A stretch of 64,000 nt of DNA. Source: Curvularia clavata (Eukaryota). A model generated the notes under the pieces. It saw nothing but the letters and a program-made list of their open reading frames with translations. It was not told where the DNA came from and did no database searches. The stretch lies in contig CP089276.1 in assembly GCA_023920165.1 (NCBI GenBank), positions 3,782,001 to 3,846,000 of the forward strand, written 5' to 3'. Below, in pieces: positions 1-12,211 of the stretch. How positions within the stretch are numbered: position 1 is the stretch's first letter; each line of letters begins with the position of its first letter. Position numbers and translations under genes: made by a program.

Positions 1-134
1 ATAGGCTGCGGAGAGAAGGTATATATACTAATATGAACAAGAGAAAAACAAAGTATGAGAAAAGGAGAACAAATGAACGCTATGAACCAAATGTTATACG
101 AAACTAAACGATTTAAGGGAGTGAAGAATAAGAC

Positions 135-539
135 TCAATATCGTGGAGCGTCCTGGCGCACTGCCTCATTGTAACTTGGCGGCGGGTCTTCTTCACCAAC
201 CCTCTCGGTACTCACACTCCTGCGCCTGCTTCCATCTCGTGATTCAGCATATTGCCCGCGACGAGCCTCTTCTAGTGCTCTTTGCGCATCATCACGTTTT
301 TCTTGCGTCCGTTGTTGTCGCTCCCGAGTCGTCATTGGCGGTGGTGGTGCCGATGATGAAGAACCGTAGATTGCTTCGTGTTGCTACTAGCATGTTAGCA
401 CACGGGATAAAGTATCTGTGGAGAGTAAAGGACATACGGCAATGGCCTTTTTCTCTTTTCGCTCCAGTCTCTTCTCAGATATTGTACGTCCTAGTTTTTC
501 GGCGCCAAGACCGATACTGACAGCAATGAGACCAGCCAT
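135..539 (-). CDS. Small hypothetical protein (~116 aa, 2 exons) with a C-terminal PPSY (PY) motif
   Basis: ATG at 539. Exon 1 539-438 (MAGLIAVSIGLGAEKLGRTISEKRLERKEKKAIA), then intron 437-384 (GTATGT...GCTAAC...TAG). Exon 2 383-135 is in frame with the 135..335 ORF and ends EEDPPPSYNEAVRQDAPRY. Confidence 0.7.
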
Positions 540-2640
540 GGTTGACAGTTCAGGGCGGTGATAGTTGGTGGGCTGATTCGAGTAAGGTTGATAAACAGAT
601 CCTTGAGTGGAATATTCTGCAAGACGTGATCCACAGCAGCCTGGTCGGAATGGCGAGGCAAGTTGTCCGGGCCCCAGTGGATATCCCGCTCTCTTTCTGC
701 AACACATGGTAAGCACTGTTGAGCTAGGAGATGGAACGACTACCAGCAGTATTTTTTTTATGGAAGCTCGCCAAAGTGAGACAGTTTATAACTTGAGAGC
801 CCTACCTTTTTAACTGGCGTTGGCTCTATCTCTATGGTTCCCCGCAGTACTCGCCTGTCATGGATACCAGGAGAATTGATGTCAGGGTACAGTACTCTTC
901 GTGCAGTTTGAATGGATGCTCAACGAGACAACAGGAAACAGTTGCTCCGTTCCCGTCGTTTTGTACAAGTTACGGCCGAATAATGGTGACGTAGGATGGT
1001 GTGGCGCAGCCTGTGGCTTTTTGATTGGCTCTTCTATGCTCGGCTATGCGAATGCGAGATGTTATGGCGACACAGCCTCAACTGCTGCGTGCAGGACCAT
1101 TGAAGACCGCACCCTTTTGCGATAGATTGAGTAGATAGCAGGTCGCATACGCAAGTTGGTCGAAAAGGGACGTAGACCTACATGGTCTAGCCGTCTTTCC
1201 TTGTGAGAAGGCCTAGGAGTAGCACTTCTGGCGTAACTTGCATACAATGTGTGGTAACTCTTACATCCAATGTTGCAGCTCCACCTCTTTCCTTTTCATC
1301 AGCGCTAGAGGAATCAAGCAGCACATGCATGTTCTGTGCTACTACCGTTTTTTTTTGATGGCCAGGCCTGTAAAAAAGTAGTAAAGCGTTGCCGCCAGCC
1401 TTTTCTGCACGGCCCATGCTTTTGTCAAACTAGGGTAATGGGCTATCTATGTTGCCCGGCGGCCATCTCCTCTGAACGAAGATCTTCTGCTAGGATATCG
1501 TTGATCATCCGATGTGTGGAATAGCCATCGATCCCTTTTACAAAAGAACATTTAGTTGCACACCATCCTAAGGCGCAAAGAAAGTAGAAGAGTGCGGATC
1601 CGGACAGACCGTGTCGGTGGTACAAGACGGAATGAAATTAGGGTCAAAGGATTACAGTGCAGTGCTAGCCTGGTGCTTACAAGGCTATGCAGTGGATTTC
1701 TACTCTCCAAGAGGACTAGGGGGCCAAAGTACTTGGGTTGCAACTGATTCACAGCGTTTTTGTGACCCCCCCTGGAAATTCAAGGGTAAATGTGATGGTA
1801 ATACTCTGAGTTATCCAATCAGAGGCGTGGTAAGGCATTGCTAGCACCTATAGCACACAGGCTGGGTGCTCTGACCAAGACGCCACTTCCATCATTCGCA
1901 AGACTGCGGTGGGATGGCGTTTGCCAGTCGTCCTGAGGCGCCGTGTGTGAATTTGCCAATACAAGAAGATTTGCACGACGGGTATAGGGATAAGCGGGGG
2001 TGGGTGATGTAATCACATGGGGAGGAGAATAACGTTTCAAGATAGTTTGAGCGGCCGAGGATGTGTGTCTGGTGTTGGGCATGCCTGTTGGTTTCGACGT
2101 GAGAGCGGCGCATGTAACCGTGCACAGGAGAATGAAGAGGATAGGGGCATGTGTCAAGTAAGCAGTGTTCCGCGGCTTGGGGTTACAAGGCTTTGTGATG
2201 AGTCGACACTGTGACTCGAGAATCGAGGTGTAGCGAGGCAGTTGGACAGGCGCAAGGCAGAGACAAAGTATGGAACATGGATCAAGCATGAACAAATGAG
2301 CATGTCGGCAGGGGTCGGACGGGAAACAGGCTTTTTGCAGCAGGCCAATGAATATGGCTATTGGCGGCCCACAGCTCGGCTTGTTGGAAGAAGAAGGGAG
2401 AGAGGGAGCGCCATGCATCTGGTAGGAATGCACGTGGCCAGTCGGTGCAATGAGGGGTTTTCCCGGACAAAGGCCTAGAGGGAATGTCAGGAAAAGCTGA
2501 TTGTTGCTTTTGGCTCGGGCTTGCACCGGCATGCCGACTGCAGCGTGTGCTGAGGGTGATTGGTGGCTAGAGCCGATGGATGCTGTGTGTGCTGCCTGAC
2601 CTAAAAGATGACATGGGTGTGCGGGCGGATGGGCCAGGCT

Positions 2641-2655
2641 GGGGGGGGGGGGGGG
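2641..2655. repeat. Poly-G homopolymer (15 nt)
   Basis: Direct reading of the sequence. Confidence 0.95.
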
Positions 2656-3469
2656 AGCGATAGTGAAGCATACCTCAGATATCAGCGCCGTGGTGGTTTG
2701 GGCGAGGCAGAGGGCCGAAGGAGCTGTGCCCTGCCCTCGAGGCGTAGGGCCTGACTATGAACGAACAGCAGTTCCGTGGATCGAACGCTGGGTCCTGAAG
2801 TCGATCTCGCTATGGGCGCCCCTCAGTGCCATGATTCGCTCGAGGGTCGGTACTTGGTGCGCCAAAGAGCCGGACACGGTGGGCTTGGTCGTGAGAGCGG
2901 CCACGGCTGGGGCAGGCACCAGGAGCCACAACCACCAAGGCGGGCTGCTGCGCTGCGCTAACAAGGCGCCATGGTCCTTTTTTTTGCGCGGAGTCGGAGG
3001 AGGGCCGAGCAGCCTGTAAGGATGCAGCAGCCGGGCGTCTGGAGCCTGGGGCGAATCCGCGAGATGCCGCAGACAGAGTGTAGGCTAAAGCTGCGCCCCG
3101 ACCTATACCGAAGGCTGCTAAGAGGACCGGCCGTGCAGAGTGCATGAGTGCCAGTACGTAGACGACGGGCGGAAGCAGGATAGAGAGGGCGATGGAGAGA
3201 TACTAGACACGCACGCGCGTTATCAGCACGGGGGACGGCGGCGAGGCATCGAGTCGTTTGGCGTAGTGCGGCTGCGCCTGGCCGCGAGGGGGGAGGGGAG
3301 GGGGAAAGGGTACCTGTTGATGAGTGCGACAGCGAATCCAAGACTCGTACAGTAATCAAATTAGCTCAGGCCTGTGGCTCTCGCAAGCCTGGTCCGCTCC
3401 CAACGCGCCCTGGGGGGTCTCTCTGCCTGCTTTGCCTGCCTGCCTTGGTCTCGTCCCCTACCCATACCT

Positions 3470-3690
3470 TTCCACTACCACCTCCACCCCACCATCACCA
3501 CCTCCCTCTCCACCTCCATCATCATCATCATCGTCGTCACCACCACGGCCGCCATCCATCGCAACGACTCCCAGCCAGCCCCGGAAGGCTGCTATCCCTA
3601 CCGCTACTGACTGCCCTTGCTAATTGCATTGCTGCCCTCCACGACCAAGTCCACCACCACCACCACCACCACCACCTCCACCACCACGAC
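3470..3690 (+). repeat. CAC/CAT trinucleotide-rich low-complexity tracts upstream of the RRM gene (purest run 3651-3687)
   Basis: ccaccaccaccaccaccaccaccacctccaccaccac at 3651-3687 and catcatcatcatc near 3517-3531. These tracts produce the spurious poly-H/P/W/G ORFs in the track. Confidence 0.85.
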
Positions 3691-4207
3691 CGCGCCCACG
3701 ACGCAGAAAAAGAAGCAGCAGACGACGACGAGTTGGGCACCACCATCTCTGCCATTGTCTCGCGCGACGGCTGCAGTGTGCCTGTAAGTGCGTGCACTCC
3801 TCAGACGAGACCCGGCGCGGCTCCAGGCCCTGACGCCTATTGGCTTGAGCGGCCCACCCCCCAGGCCGCTTCGACAACGACGCGGATCGCCCAGGCTCGC
3901 TGTCGCTCCCAGCTCCCAGCTCGAGTCCGCGTCTGCGCCCAAAAAGCCCCTCTGCCTACCACCGTCGCTTGCATCGCCGCCTGCTTTCTGCCCAAACCTC
4001 GCGCTCCCACCTCTCTCCAGCGCCGCACATCCCCTTGGTTCCCTCGCGCACGTCAACGCTCCGTCCTTTGTCTTCTGCGCATGCCCATCCCGCCACCCTC
4101 TGCCCGCCAGAGTTGCTCTCGGCTTCCCGTCGCACCCTCCTGGCCCTCCGCCCACCGTCCTTTGTCCCTGCGACACCCGCCCCGACAGCGTCACCACACA
4201 CGACACC

Positions 4208-5878
4208 ATGACCACCAGACCTAGTCCCAGCAGCACAAGCCCTTCGATCCTGTCCAACAGCCCCTTTCCTCACGGCTCCCACAGCAGCTCCACGTCGTCG
4301 TCGCCCCCAAAGTTGTTTGCGTCGCACAACACCATGACTGCCGACGCCTTCGCTTCCCCCATGTATCCCGCCCCAGGCGCAATCGGAGAGCGCAGGCCCG
4401 TCGACAAGGCCCCCACCCGCCACAGCATCCTTCTGCGCAAGCTGCCCAGCAACAGCGACCGCGAGGCGGTGCGCAACATCCTCCTCTTCGCCAAAGACCT
4501 CATCGACTGCGAGCTGCTCCCCCAGCCCAGGCACGCCGACGACAAGGGCTTTGCCAGCGCCATCGCCCACTTCCAAACATTCGAGGGCGCAAAGGAAGCC
4601 CGCGACTTGCTCAACGGAAAGCGCAATGCCACCAACGATGCCACGCTCGTCGTTGAGCTGATGCACGAAGCGCCGCCCCCCGGCGCCGTCGGGTCGCGTC
4701 GCAACACCATGGACAGCATACCCGCCCGTCAAGCCTCAGTCGCCAGCACCATGTCCACCTCGACCGCCAACGGCCGACAGTCGTCGCGATACAACGGCAC
4801 CTTCCAAAACATGGAGAAAATGTCCCCACCCAACGGGACCCCAGGTCTTGGCAACGGAGAATTCCCGGTCAATAACCTCTTCTCGCCGACATCTCCCGTC
4901 AACACCTCCTTTACCAGCCGCAATTTGGGCAAGTCGGTCATCAACGACGAGGCCGATGATGACGATGGTCTGCTGAACGAATCCATTGGATATGCCACTG
5001 GTGGCCCTCAGGCTCAGTCCACCATGCCACGCCGTGCCACGAACCCAAACTCTTCCTCCATTCCTGTCCAGCGTTTTGGAAGTCTGTCTCTCAACACCAA
5101 TGGGGCTGCTGGGGTCAAGTCGCCGCCCATGCCAAACTATGCTTCCCCTCGTTCTGGGTCCAACATGCAGTCACCAGGACCCTCCCTGTCGGCCATGTCA
5201 CCGCACAGCATCCCATCTGCTCTCAGCAGCGGACCCAGCACAAGCTATCAGCAGTATTCCCAGCACTTTGCAAGGCCTACATACCCACCAGTGAATCCGG
5301 CAGACCAGAACCCACCGTGCAACACTCTCTACGTGGGCAATCTTCCAATGGATACTTCCGAAGACGAGCTCAAAGCCGTCTTCTCAAAGCAGCGTGGATA
5401 CAAGCGCCTCTGCTTCCGGACCAAGCAGAACGGCCCCATGTGCTTTGTCGAATTCGAGGACACGTCCTTTGCTACCAAGGCTCTCAACGAACTCTATGGA
5501 TATATGCTTCACAACAGTGTCAAGGGCGGCATCCGCCTGAGCTTTTCCAAGAATCCCTTGGGTGTACGCAGCGGCCAAAACTCTGGTCTAGGCCCACAGT
5601 CTGCCATCACACCCACTACCCCTCTTTCCGCCTTTGGCAGCGGCGTCGCTGCTCCTCCTGGCTTCTCCACCGCCACCGGTCCACCACCGGGCTTGTCAGC
5701 TCCTCCCGGGCTATCTGCTGCTGGCCACACCAATGGTAGCTCCGGCTTTGGCATGTACGCCAACGGTGGTTTTGGCATGGGCCCCAACGGCATGGCCGCC
5801 TCGATGCGTCAGCCACTGGCGTCCAGTGGCACCGGCAACGGCTTTGGAGGCTACTCCTCCTTCATGATGGGCCGCTAG
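4208..5878 (+). CDS. WHI3: Whi3/Whi4/Scw1-like RNA-binding protein (C-terminal RRM, degenerate N-terminal RRM-like region, low-complexity linker)
   Basis: Long ORF 3788..5878 with first ATG at 4208 (alternative 4334). Signature PPVNPADQNPPCNTLYVGNLP...FSKQRGYKRLCFRTKQNGPMCFVEFED...GGIRLSFSKNPLGVR. Confidence 0.85.
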   Translation: MTTRPSPSSTSPSILSNSPFPHGSHSSSTSSSPPKLFASHNTMTADAFASPMYPAPGAIGERRPVDKAPTRHSILLRKLPSNSDREAVRNILLFAKDLIDCELLPQPRHADDKGFASAIAHFQTFEGAKEARDLLNGKRNATNDATLVVELMHEAPPPGAVGSRRNTMDSIPARQASVASTMSTSTANGRQSSRYNGTFQNMEKMSPPNGTPGLGNGEFPVNNLFSPTSPVNTSFTSRNLGKSVINDEADDDDGLLNESIGYATGGPQAQSTMPRRATNPNSSSIPVQRFGSLSLNTNGAAGVKSPPMPNYASPRSGSNMQSPGPSLSAMSPHSIPSALSSGPSTSYQQYSQHFARPTYPPVNPADQNPPCNTLYVGNLPMDTSEDELKAVFSKQRGYKRLCFRTKQNGPMCFVEFEDTSFATKALNELYGYMLHNSVKGGIRLSFSKNPLGVRSGQNSGLGPQSAITPTTPLSAFGSGVAAPPGFSTATGPPPGLSAPPGLSAAGHTNGSSGFGMYANGGFGMGPNGMAASMRQPLASSGTGNGFGGYSSFMMGR

Positions 5879-7102
5879 CCGCCCCCATCCTAATCTGCTA
5901 TGCCATTACGAGTGATGATCACGGAGTTGAGGGCGCATTCATCACCGAGCATTTGCAAGTCTTGCTTCGTCTATTGTTGACACTATTTTCAGTCATTTCA
6001 GTCATGGCGAGGTGTTGAGTGGTCTGGGTTATATTTGGCTTCATTAAATCTAGGGGCATGGGTACTGGCGCGGAATCTCCTGGGCTATCATGCCCGTTGG
6101 ACGTGAACCTCTTTCCAGCATACAGCGATGATTCCCCCTTGTGCGATTGCTCATTCGGTATTCCTGGAGTTCGGACAGAGTTTCTGTTTTATCCTTGTTG
6201 TTTTTCTTTGCTCGCTTCCACCGCATCGTCCTTGGGCTTGCACCCACCCAGAATACCACTTCTGTCCTGTCGCAGGAAAGCTGTTCTTCATGGGCATCGC
6301 CATGTTCATGTTGTAAGCGTACTCTCGGGGTTCTCATGTCTTTTCCTCTTTTCTTTTGCTCTTCCTTCTGCAACACATTTGTTACTGGTACTCATCGTCA
6401 GGCGCTACCAATTCTTAATGGGCATTGGTTTTCCATGGTCGATTAGCGGAACATGCAGGTGTCTGTGTCTTTGCATGGTGGGCTATTCGATTGGTTCACG
6501 AACGTTTCTTTTCAGTTTTCGAGGCTCATTTACACGATAGATGCGCAAGCGGCGCCACGGTATGGCTGGGCTGGACGCTATCCTGTCTTTACAGCGTATT
6601 GATTCGTTGGCATTCACTTTTCCTCCTTACTTCCCCCCCACAGTGGCTCTTGCTCTGTATGCAACGGCCTCACGTTACCCCAATACCCTTTTAAACGCAA
6701 ACATGGAGTTAGGGACTGAATTCAAGTGCATTTGACGAGTTTTCTTTGAGCGAACGTGATGCTATTGCATTGGGTTTATTGCTTCGTTCTCGTAATTACG
6801 AATTCCAGTTAGCTACTACTGAAAAATTGATGAATTTATGACATGAGAAATGCCTCGACCCGCAGAAGTCTCATCTGGTTTCCATGTTGTGGTGCCCCGC
6901 TCCGTGAAAGTGGTTTCGGTGCGCATGCACGCCAAGACGCTAGCCACAAGCCGCAACTTCCTCAGAATTTCCTGCAAGCAAACCATCCATCACTTCGCTC
7001 TCTACCTCGTCATCCATTGCACCCGTCCGCCTCTTCCCTTCTCCTTCTCCTTTTGTAATTGTACTTGCTTATGCCAATGCGGTAGTATCCGCCTCGCTGA
7101 AC

Positions 7103-8539
7103 ATGCCTCCGCGGTTACCAAGTTCAAAATTTTCAGCTTCGGCTGCCCCATCACAGATATCCTCGTGCTCAGCCACAAGGTCACAAACTGTGTCATTACC
7201 AGTGCGGTCATCGCGACAGTTCTCACAAACACCATGCCCTCAGGTGACATTACGGCGGCGGAAATTCTATGAGTGGCTCAATGGTCCTGGCCGACAGCTG
7301 AAAGAACCCATACCCGGCTCGACAAACTACCTGGGCGCTTACGACAAGTATGGCAACTTGGTACGAGCGGGTCCAGGATGGCGGAAAGACGGTGCTGTGA
7401 AGGCTGCGACAGCGGCTAAACCAGAAACATCCAATGCCGAATCACAAGCAGACAAACCAGCCGAGACGACGCCCGAAGCACAGGAGAACCTGGACGAGCT
7501 AGAGGCGGCGATACGGTCTGGTGATGCTGAGAGCAAGGAGACTAGCAAGAAAGGCGAAGAGATGGATGACGGCAAGCTTCCTCCAGAAACGGCGGAAGAC
7601 TTGCGACCGTTTCCCCTCAACCAATACTTCCGCAGTCAGCCGGTCCTGAGTGAGGGCCTGCGCGAAGCAATATACAACAGAGTGAAGAAAGAGGGCGCGA
7701 GTGTGTCGCTTGCCAGTGTTGAGTTTGGTGTCAGTAACGAACGCGTTGGCGCCGTTGTGCGACTGAAGCAGATGGAGAAAGAATGGATAGCCCAGGTATG
7801 TTGCACCCTTTCTTTACCTTCCCACGACATGATGAGCTTCTTAAAAAATCGATTAGTCTTTAAGACACCCACATGGTTACAAAAATTAAGTCATGCTCTT
7901 GCTGAACGTCGTCATCACATCTGCTTTTTTTCAGACAGTCACTTTCTAGATGACAACTGTTAACACATCTCTTAGGGTAAAAAGCTTGCGCTGCCTTACT
8001 CCAAGGCTGTTCTCTCCATGCTTCCCACAACTCCATACGTTGATCCTTCATTACCACAAAACAAAGGCAAGCGACCGGTCACTCATGAACCGATCAATGA
8101 TCTTATTGTACATCCTGCAACACGCCAACAATTGTTTGTGCCAGTTGCTGAGTCTCGCCGCTTCACACGTGTTGATGCTGGCAAGGCGTTTGATAACAAC
8201 TTGCTGCCGGCCGATGCGCGAATTCCCCACCCAGAACTTGTGCAGGCGGAGCGCGAACTTGAGGCAGGTCTCTCTTTCGATGAGCGAAGAAAGCTTGCGG
8301 AAGAACGTCTAGAGAAGCAGCAAGAGCAAAAGAGAAAGGAAGAGAAGCGGAAGGAAGCCGAGCTAAAGGCTCTGAAGGTGGTCCCTCAGCGGAGATGGGA
8401 TTTCGTCATCCAAGATGTCAGCGTTGAGGCTGCAGGACGTGATGGAAGAGGTGCAGCGGCAGCTGGTTGGCGCTATGGCGTGCCACACCAGGACCGCAAG
8501 AGAGGTATACCCAAAATCCCCACGAGGGTAGAAGCATGA
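7103..8539 (+). CDS. MRPS35: Mitochondrial small-subunit ribosomal protein mS45 (Mrps35/Bot1 family), 2 exons
   Basis: Exon 1 7103-7795, intron 7796-7975 (GTATGT...TTAG), exon 2 7976-8539. Arg/Ser-rich presequence. Motifs PFPLNQYFRSQPVLSE, RVGAVVRLK, FVPVAESRRFTRVDA, GWRYGVPHQDRKRG. Confidence 0.85.
7824..7912 (+). ncRNA. Intronic box C/D snoRNA with an antisense element to LSU rRNA
   Basis: Terminal stem ACGAC (7824-7828)/GTCGT (7908-7912). Box C ATGATGA at 7829-7835, box D CTGA at 7902-7905, C'-like ATGGTTA at 7873-7879. TCGATTAGTCTTT (7849-7861) is the reverse complement of the conserved LSU rRNA segment AAAGACUAAUCGA. Confidence 0.8.
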
Positions 8540-8805
8540 GTGTATCATATTGTAATGTCACATGATCAAAGCACGCGTCCACGAAGGATCGCACGAGGGA
8601 AGCAACCCAAATCTGATGAGCCCATGACTTAAGCTTTATTCAAGTGTACTATGTTATGCGATTCGTCTCGTTGTGCATGAAGGCGCATATACTATGCCTC
8701 TAAATTGTGTTTAGATAGACTTATGGATCTGGGTGGCAGGATAGCGTCCACCGACGGCGTGCATTGTTGGTTTTGCATGGACAAGTCTCAACAAGACTCC
8801 GTCCT

Positions 8806-9409
8806 TTACCGGTACTGGACTTTCTGACCACCTCGCTTCTCCATCTTGGCCTGCCTCTTGCTAGCCTGCGGCTGAGGGACACCTGCGGCATCCTGGTAAC
8901 CACCCCTCATGCCCGTGTAGGTGCCCCAGGCGGCGTAGGCACTGTACGCGGGGATGACAGTCCACAACAGCCACGCGTAGTCCCCAATGATGGCAGCCAT
9001 GATGATGCAGCCGTAGGTCCAGTAAACGACATCCCACATGTACTCAGTCAGGCCCTTGGCATCGAGGTCCTCGCCAGGTCGCTTCACGGCGCCATCAGCA
9101 GTGAGAGTGGGGCGAGACAGGCGCTCAAAGTAAAGCTGGATGAGGAGCTGCGGAGCCGAGAGGAGGAGGTAGAGAAGCAGCGATTTGCGGGTTAGAGAGG
9201 CGCGGAAGATGAGGGCTCGGAAAAGCCACCAGAAGCCATGGACGACCAAGGTAACGTAGAGGGTCTGGTTAAGGCGCTTGGTGTTGGAGGCGGCGAGGGT
9301 TTTGGTGGCTTTCTAGAGGAGGGAATGAGCAATTGCAGGCAACAGGCATTTTCCTTGAACGAGGCATCTCGCAAAGGCTGGTTTGGCGTAAATGACGTAC
9401 CTGTGCCAT
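8806..9409 (-). CDS. SND2: SRP-independent targeting protein Snd2/TMEM208 (DUF788) homolog, ~171 aa, 2 exons
   Basis: Exon 1 9409-9401 (MAQ), intron 9400-9313 (GTACGT...TAG), exon 2 9312-8806 (KATKTLAASN...GEDLDAKGLTEYMWDVVYWT...SKRQAKMEKRGGQKVQYR). Several hydrophobic segments. Confidence 0.85.
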
Positions 9410-9839
9410 GATGAAGGCGAATGCGGCGGTCGAGCAGGGACGAGGTGCGGAACTCGTGAGAGAGAGGATTGTATGTGTGCATGGCCCGTGCGCCATAACA
9501 ATCGCGCGCAACCTCGATCGCGACAAAGGACGAGCAACAAACTTCGCGCCCACCGCCGCCCTCTCGTCTTCCTACCTACTCATCCGGACCGCTATCGGCC
9601 CCTAACGCAGTCGAAATAGTGCGCCTACCGTGTTTACCAATTCATTTTGTCGAACACACCGCTAGCATCACCTCCGTATAGCCACCGAGGAACACAACCG
9701 ACCTTCACTACAACACGCCTTCCCAACGACACCGCCCGGGCCTGTGCCCTCACCAGCCCTACCACCGACTCTGCTCCTCACATGATCGCTCGTACTATGA
9801 ACTCTCCAGCCTAAAGCCTCGCTTTATCGTCCGGAAAGC

Positions 9840-12211
9840 ATGTCACCCCCGCCAGGCGTCAATGCCCAGCTGCGCCAGCTTGTACACTACCATCTCGACA
9901 ACGGCTTTGCTGAAAACGCACTGTTCCTCGCAGGCCGCCTGCAGGCACTCGAGCCTCGCAACCCGGATGCCGCGCACCTGCTCGCGCTCTGCAATCTTCG
10001 CCTGGGCAGATACAAGGCCGCCTACGACGATGCGCGGGCAAAGAGCATGCACACACAGCATCTGGGATGCGCCTACATCTTCGCCCAGGCCTGTCTCTCC
10101 CTCGGTCGCCATGAGCAGGGTGCTCAGGCCCTGGAGAAGGTGCGCAGTCTGTGGGCAGGCCGCAACCACTGGAGTAGGTAGTCCATGCTGCTGCCTCCGA
10201 CTCCAATCCGCTAACCACAAACTCAGACAAGCATTCCGAGACCTCACGGCGACATGTGCCAGACGCAGCAGCATGCTATTGTCTGTTAGGGAAGCTATAT
10301 GCAGCCCATGGCGACACCAGAAAAGCCATTGACTACTATGTCGAAGCGCTCAAGATCAATTCCTTCATGTGGGATGCATTCACCGGCCTATGCGATATTG
10401 GCGCCGTTGTCCGCCCGCACAACATCTTCAAAATAACACCCGATATGCTCCCTTTTGTTCCGACACCTGAAGTAGACCCTTTCAACCCTTCCTCGCGGCA
10501 ATCTGGTGATGGTGGACTCAACTTAGGGGGATCGAGTCTGCTCTCCAAATTAAATGGCCGTGCCACACAACCGAACTCACATAATGAATTTGATACCCCA
10601 GTATCCAACGGACAGAATATGCACGACGAACATGTCATGATGGGCGAGACTGGCGGCCCTGTCATGTCACGCGCAGTCACCTCGAGAGTTCGTACCAAAA
10701 CGAATCCTGATGGCGATCAGACAGACATTCCACGCCCTGTATACCAGAACGGACACAAGCGAACCGTATCTGGTCATTCATTACACCAATCGCAAAACGC
10801 ACCCTCGCAGCCGCTAGATCCTACTGCAGCACCGCCACGCCGCAGTGTCAGGCTGCTGAATTCCATCACACAGATCCGCCCATCAAACCCCAGGCAAGGG
10901 GGGGCGTTGACCAAGGAAGCAGAGTCGAAAGAGCGGCGCGAATTACGAAAAGCAAGAGCTGCGGCCCCTAAAGCACGATCGGGGACTACTTCAACTGTAG
11001 GAAGAGTTGTCAGCGGGAACAGGAAAGCGCATGTTGAAATATCCGAGCAACCTAAACCAGAAGGCAGGTCTAATAACTCGGCGACAACAGCTGTGGCTCC
11101 ACCTCCGAAAATGTCAGCACCAGCCGATACATCCCGAGAGCGAGAGGTCCTGAGCTGGTTGTTAGATTTGCTTCTCAAGATTGGCCTAGGATATCGACAT
11201 CTGAGCCGATATGATGCGCCCAAGGCACTGGAAGCATTCTCGGCTGTACCCAAGGCTCAGCGCGAGACGCCCTGGGTCCTTGCACAAATCGGCAAAGCGT
11301 ACTATGAACGCACATACTACGCAGAAGCAGGAAGCACATTCCGAAAGATTCGGGAAATGGCACCTTCATCACTGGAGCACATGGAAGTGTATTCGAACAC
11401 ACTTTGGCAACTAAAAGATGAGGTTGCTTTGGGCCATCTTGCCCACACACTTATGGACCAGGATCGACTCTCCCCACAGGCCTGGTGTGCACTCGGCAAC
11501 GCTAGTTCTCTGGACCGACAGCACGATGACGCTGTAAAATGCTTCTCGCGCGCCACAAAGTTGGATCCAAAGTTTGCATATGCCTACACCTTACAGGGCC
11601 ATGAGCATGTTGCGAATGAAGAGTTTGACAAGGCTATGGCAGCCTACCGCAACGCTATCAGTGCGGACAACAGACACTACAACGGCTGGTATGGTCTCGG
11701 TAATGTATATGAGCGTCTAGGCAAGTACGAAGTGGCCGAGAAGCATTATCGGGCAGCGGCAGAAATCAACCAGAACAACGCCATGATTCTTGTTCGAATC
11801 GGTCTTGTAAGTCATTCATATCCGCTGCTCCCTTCACCACTAACAATTCTCCAGGTTCTGGACCGCATGAGGAAGACTGAGCCCGCCTTGCTGCAATTTG
11901 AGAACGCCGTGCGCATCGACCCGCGATCCGTCATGGCTCGATTCCGCAAATCCCAAGCGTTACTCAAACTCCAAGCGCCTCAAGAAGCCCTCAAAGAGCT
12001 CCTGTATCTCAAAGACGCTGCACCAGAAGACCCAAACATCCACTTCTTGCTGGGCAGGTGTTATAAAAAACTGCGGGACCGCTCGAGCGCCATTCGCCAC
12101 CTTACTATTGCTATGAACCTGGATCCAAAGAGCCACGGTGTCATCAAAGAAGTCATGGAGAACATTGAGCAAGAAGACGACTTGATATGGAGTAGTGATG
12201 ACGAGCATTGA
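9840..12211 (+). CDS. CDC27: Anaphase-promoting complex subunit Cdc27/Apc3 (BimA/Nuc2), TPR protein, 3 exons
   Basis: Exons 9840-10173, 10227-11806 and 11855-12211. N-terminus YHLDNGFAENALFLAGRL. TPR block with MEVYSNTLWQL, SPQAWCALGN, FAYAYTLQGHEHVANEEFDKA, RHYNGWYGLG. Confidence 0.93.

Noticed and set aside
1819..2532. 237-aa minus-strand ORF
   Set aside because: No recognisable motif, composition typical of translated non-coding DNA, and no supporting splice structure.
3445..4257. His-, Pro-, Trp- and Gly-rich ORFs in several frames
   Set aside because: By-products of CAC/CAT repeats and high GC content, with no domain-like sequence.
11807..11854. Apparent 16-aa insertion in a Cdc27 TPR (and an 18-aa one in the GT32 at 27774-27827)
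   Set aside because: Both are ordinary in-frame, stop-free introns with canonical donor, branch and acceptor sites, not novel protein insertions.
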